Origin: Chiloscyllium plagiosum
Lineage: Eukaryota
NCBI RefSeq assembly: GCF_004010195.1
Contig: NC_057753.1
Span: 15,191,470-15,246,931, forward strand
DNA length: 55,462 nt
Direction: 5' to 3'
The translations under genes were made by a program, and so were the position numbers. A model generated the notes under the pieces. The model was not told where the DNA came from, did not search any database, and was given only the letters and a program-made list of their open reading frames with translations. This document shows, in pieces, positions 50,673 through 55,462 of this stretch (positions are counted from its first letter, which is position 1; every line of letters starts with the position of its first letter).

Positions 50673-50828
50673 AGGTAAAAACAATGACTGCAGATGCTGG
50701 AAACCAGATTCTGGATTAGAGTGGTGCTGGAAAAGCACAGCAGTTCAGGCAGCATCCGAGGAGCAGGAAAATCGATGTTTCGGGCAAAAGCCCTTCATCA
50801 GGAATAGAGCACCACTCTAATCCAGAAT
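50673..50828 (-). mobile_element. Penelope-like terminal insertion with short inversion and 15-bp TSD
   Basis: ctggaacattaagct at 50658-50672 and 50829-50843; inverted ccagattctggattagagtggtgc / gcaccactctaatccagaatctgg. Confidence 0.85.
50773..50801 (-). ncRNA. Minimal type-I hammerhead ribozyme motif (intact core)
   Basis: CTGATGA-A-GGGC-TTTT-GCCC-GAAA-C-ATC. Confidence 0.7.
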
Positions 50829-52289
50829 CTGGAACATTAAGCTGGCAGTCCTGTCAATCCCAGTCATGTATCTGCCATGATTCCCCAGTCCCGTGTTCCT
50901 AACCATACTGCGTTCATCTGTCTACCCTGTTTGGCCTCTTACAATTGAAGTAAATGCAGTTTATCAGTCCTACCCTGTTCTCTGCTTGCTTCCTTCCTGC
51001 TCTGATTGTTTGACTCACTCCCTTTCCCAACTGTATCAGTCTCAGTTTGATCTCTCTCCTCAATATTTCTCTGAATCCCAGCACCCAGCACACCACACTC
51101 CGCCCCCACATTACGAGTTGAAATCCTCCCGAACAGCTCTAGCAAATCTCCCTGCCAGTATAATAGTGCCCTTCCAATTCAGGTGCAATCCATCTTTCCT
51201 GTATAGGTCTCTTCTACCCCAGAAGAGATTCCAATGCTCACATTTTTGGATCCTTTCTACCATGCACCAGCTCCTCAACCACACATTCATCTCTCCATCC
51301 TCCTATTCCTACCCTCACTAGCTTGTAGCACTAAGAGTCATTCAGATATTACTACCTTTGAGGACCTCCTTTTTAAATTCCTGCCTAACTTTCTATATTC
51401 TCCCTTCAGAATCTCATCCTTTTCCCTTCCGATGTCATTGGTACTGATGTGTACAATGACCTTCTGCTAGTCCCTCTCCCTTTTGAAATCATTCTTCACT
51501 CTCTCTGAGACATCCTTGATCCTTGAACCAGGGAGGCAGCACACCAGTGATTTTTCCTGGCTGGCTGCAGAAATGTCTGTCTGTGCCACTGACTAGAGAG
51601 CCCCCTACACAATCGATTGCTTGGAACCCAGCATACCCCTCATTACATTGGAGTCTGTCTTGATACCAGAAACTTGGCTGTTCATGCTACATTGCCCTGA
51701 GATCATTATCCCCTACATTTTCCAAAACAGCATACTTGTTTGAAATGGGGATGGCCACAGAAGACTCCTGCACTACCAGCCTAATCTTCCTGGGGTTAAC
51801 CCATCTATTTGACTATCTGTGGCTGCCCATAAGTCTGCTTAGTGCAGACATAATCATCAGTAACATGGAAATTCTCCCTAACCTCCCACATCCGACACGA
51901 AGAGCATTTCGCTCTACTGAAGGCCACCTTTGCTCCTTCACAATCTACAAACCCAGAAAATAGCACTGTCTTTTTGCTCTAAAAAAGTGCTCCAGGCCAA
52001 CTTAGTTCTTATGGTTTATATTTTAAAAATTTAATCAAGAAACAGATGTCAATAAAACATATACTCAAGAAAGAACCCACTCTATTCACTACTGCAGACT
52101 TGAAGCAAGGTTACACGTTAAACACAATGCGCTTGTCTGCTCCTCTGCTATGAGCTCTCCCACACAAGTTCCTCCAAGGTCAGCTGTCAATTTTGCAGTG
52201 TGTTAATTTTTCCTACATGCATTCTGATGTCCAGTAATTGTGCAGACTCACTGCTGTGTCACTAGTAGTGTGGGTTTCTTTCTCTCTCT

Positions 52290-53925
52290 CCCTCGTTTTG
52301 GACTCCTCTACCCTGGAGAAAAGATCTTGGCTGTTCACCCTATCCATGCCCCTTATAAACGTCTATAAGCCTCAGACATTCCAGGGAAACAACCCCAGCC
52401 TATTCAGCCTCTCCCAATAGCTCAAACCCTCCAACTTGGCAATGGCCTTGTAAATCTTTTCCAAATCCTTCCAAAGTTTCACAACATCTTTCCTGTCGCA
52501 GGGAGACCAGAACTCAATGCAGCATTCCAAAAGTGGCCCAACCAATGTCCTGTACAGCCGCAACATGACCACCCAACTCCCACACTCAATGCACTAACCG
52601 ATAAAGGCAAGCATACCAAAATCCTTCTTCACTACCATGTCTACCTGTGACTCCACTTTCAAGGAACTATGAACCTGCACCACAAAGTATCTTTGTTCGG
52701 CAACTATCCCCTTTAACTCTCCTGGATTGCTTTTCTGAAATGCATTTGTCTAAATTAAATCCCATCTGCCATTCCTCGGCCCATCCGATCAATTCTAATT
52801 TATAATCAAACTCTCTTTCCCCTCTCATTTCCTAAAAGCTGAAAATCTCCATCCCCCACACTCTCCCATCATTCTCACTTTGCTGAACCTAATCCCTGCT
52901 GTATAGTCATCCTGAAAAGTCTGGTTCATGCTGATTAACAGGCCCATACTCAGAGGGTATCTAATTGAAACATAGAGAATACTGAACGGCCATGGCAGAG
53001 TGATCATTGGGAGGATCTGTCTAATTGGTAGGAGAGACTAGGACCTGAGGGCACAGGCCCAGAGTAAAGGAAATACCTTTTAGAGTGGAGATGAGGAGAA
53101 ACATCTTCAGCCAGAGAGTGGTGAGCCTGTGGAATTCACTGCCAAAGAACGCTGTGGAGACGAGTTCACTGAGTATATTTAAGACAGAGATAGAGAGGTT
53201 CTTGAGTATCAAGGGGATCGAGAGTTACGGGGAGAAAGAGGGAGAATGGGGTTAAGAAACGTGTCAGCCATGATTGAATGGTGAAGCAGACCCAATGGGT
53301 TGATTGGCCTAATTTCTGTTCCTGTCTTAGGAACAGAGTGATCATTGGAAGGATCTGTCTATTGGTAGGAGAGACTAGGACCTGAGGGCACAGGTTCCTG
53401 CTGAGCTGGACACAGTGAGACAGAAGTGGGAGCAGGAGTAGGCCATTTGGTCTTTCCAGCCTGCACCAGCATTGAACAGATCATAACTGGATATAAATAT
53501 AACTCCATCTAGGTGGATAGACTGGGACTTTTTTTCACTGGAACATAGGAGGTTGAGAGGTGACCTAATAGAGGATTATAAAATCACGAGGAGTATAGAT
53601 GAAGTGACTAGTTGGTGTCCTTTCCCAAAGATGAGAGTTTCAAGATTAGGGAGCAAAATCTTAAGGTGAGAGGAGAAAGATTTTAAAAAGACATCATGAG
53701 CACCCTTTTTAAGAGAGTGGTTGGCATTTGGAATGAATGTCCAGTGGAAGTGATGGATGCAGGTAAGTTAAAAATGTTCAAAAGACATTTGAAACAGCAC
53801 ATGAATAGGAAATGCTCAGAGGGATATGGGCCAAACACTGGCAGGTGGATTAGTTTAGTTGGAGAACATAGTCAGCACGGACTAGTGGACTGAAGGATCT
53901 ACTTCTGCACTGTATGACTCTATAA
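52290..53925. mobile_element. CR1/L2 fragments: 52290-52790 (-), 52960-53330 (+), 53510-53925 (+)
   Basis: LYRTLVGPLLECCIEFWSP and typical 3' tails; 60-bp direct duplication 52996-53057 / 53335-53394. Confidence 0.75.
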
Positions 53926-54183
53926 GTGTTCTGTACTGGTCTTAAACCCATTTTCTTGCCTCACCCAATAACCATTCACTTTTTTGTTGTTCAAAAATCA
54001 AGTGACCTCAGCCTTGAATATATTCAATAACTCCCGAACTGCAGGAAGACATCCCCATTTCTGAACTCAATTCCTCTTGCTGATATATACCACTTGCCTT
54101 GCTGATTGCTTGCTGCACCTGTCTGACAACTGGCAGTGACTGGTGTAGAAGGACACTGAGGCCCCTTTGTACATCCACACATC

Positions 54184-54295
54184 ATTCCTGATGAAGAGCT
54201 CATGCCTGAAACGTCGACTCTCCTGCTCCTCAGATGCTGCCTGACCTGCTGTGCTTTTCCAGCGCCAGTTTTCGATTCTGATCTCCAGTCCTCTA
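54184..54295 (+). mobile_element. Penelope-like terminal fragment with hammerhead motif (54188-54215)
   Basis: CTGATGA-A-GAGC-TCAT-GCCT-GAAA-CGTC, then gactctcctgctcctcagatgctgcc. Confidence 0.75.
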
Positions 54296-54745
54296 CATCC
54301 CAATATATCTCCAATGCGTCCCCTTTCTGCTTTTCTCCCCCTACAACAAACGCAATAACTTCACATTGTGATACTACATTTGCCATGTGTTTGCTAACTG
54401 AGACACAGTTCTGGACCAACTTTTCCAGAGTCTGTCTCCTCGCCGGGATTCACTATTTCCCTTTCAGCTGTGTGCGTGCATGTGTGTATTTGCGTGTGTG
54501 CATGCATGCTTTCAGTTGCTGCAAATCAAAAATTGAACCGCAGAATGAAAAAAAAAAGGAAAAGGGGGTGAGAAAAGAAAATGCCGTACTCACACTCACA
54601 GGTGTGGGACAGAGGAAGGAAGTTGCAGTCTGGGGTGAAGCTCAAACTCCATTCAGGGCGATAGGAGCAACAGCAACTTCAAAAATTCATGGTCGAACTT
54701 CTGTATTCAGACAAGAGCGGGCCTCTGATTGACAGGAGGACGAGG
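54296..54745 (-). other. Paralogous copy of the ZNF first-exon/intron module at 36770-37160
   Basis: Colinear blocks such as tactacatttgccatgtgtttg, ggacagagga..aagttgcagtctggg and ctgattgacaggaggac. Confidence 0.75.
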
Positions 54746-55462
54746 TTCCCTGGGCCTGATGGCATTTATCCTAGGATTCTCTGGGAAGCAAGGGAGGAGA
54801 TTGCAGAGCCATTGGCCTTGATTTTTATGTCCTCGTTGTCTACAGGAGTAGTGCCAGAAGACTGGAGGCTAGCAAATGTGGTTCCCTTGTTCAAGAAGGG
54901 GAGTAGGGATAACCCTAGTAACTATAGGCCGGTGAGTCTCACTTCTGTGTGGGCAAAGTCTTAGGAGAGAATTGTAAGGGATAGGATTTATGAACATCTG
55001 GATAGGAATAATGTGATCAAGGATAGTCAGCATGGTTTTGTGAAGGGCAGGTCGTGCCTCACAAACCTTATTGAATTCTTTGAAAAGGTGACGAAGGAGG
55101 TTGATGAGGGGAAAGCGGTAGATGTGGTATACATGGATTTTAGTAAGGCGTTTGATAAGGTTCCCCATGGTAGGCTACTGCAGAAAATACGGAGATATGG
55201 CATTGAGGGTGAGTTGGAGGTTTGGATTAGGAATTGGCTGGATGGAAGAAGACAGAGGGTAGTAGTTGATGGCAAAGTTTCTTCATGGAGTGCCGTCACT
55301 AGCGGTGTTCCGCAAGGATCTGTTTTGGGACCATTGCTGTTTGTCATTTTTATAAATGACCTGGAAGAGGGGTTAGAAGGTTGGGTAAGCAAGTTTGCGG
55401 ATGATACGAAAGTCGGAGGAGTTGTAGACAGTGAGGAAGGATATGGCAGGTTACAGCAGGAT
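54746..55462 (+). mobile_element. Young CR1 LINE RT fragment running off the window end
   Basis: PGPDGIYPRILWE...[51 protein letters not shown]; one frameshift region near 54950. Confidence 0.92.

Larger units (their letters stand above)
47167..52290 (-). mobile_element. Near-full-length decayed CR1-type LINE (5'UTR, esterase ORF1, endonuclease-RT ORF2) with nested insertions
   Basis: ORF1 CLPGSRIKDVSER and VHISTNDIG (~51430-51540); endonuclease INCIYFN and SDHN; KSPGPDQVYPR; GVPQG..IYINDL..KFADET; 3' tail at ~47170. Confidence 0.85.

Overview
Eukaryotic (vertebrate) genomic scaffold, very likely a cartilaginous fish (shark), judging from HE1/V-SINE-type tRNA SINEs, CR1-type LINEs and the style of the C2H2 genes. 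It is five contigs joined by N-gaps (8605-9104, 25507-26006 and 44204-44703, each exactly 500 N, plus 46355-46898). Contig 1 holds the last four coding exons of PIP4P1/TMEM55B (- strand) among minisatellites. Contig 2 holds the 5' part of a group-B SRCR receptor gene (CD163/WC1/DMBT1-like, + strand): a leader exon, a 33-bp micro-exon and four SRCR exons. Contigs 3-5 are transposon-dense, with decayed C2H2 zinc-finger genes in duplicated modules, a class-I ERV pol/env remnant, a near-full-length decayed CR1 LINE, a Tigger-like MITE and a probable solo LTR. The most notable signal is a set of Penelope-like element (PLE) derivatives carrying minimal hammerhead-ribozyme motifs with covarying stem II. 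One of these is a 1645-bp insertion bounded by a 15-bp target-site duplication, in which a 36-nt piece of PLE reverse-transcriptase coding sequence is repeated exactly 40 times. Family assignments come from motif recognition, not database searches.
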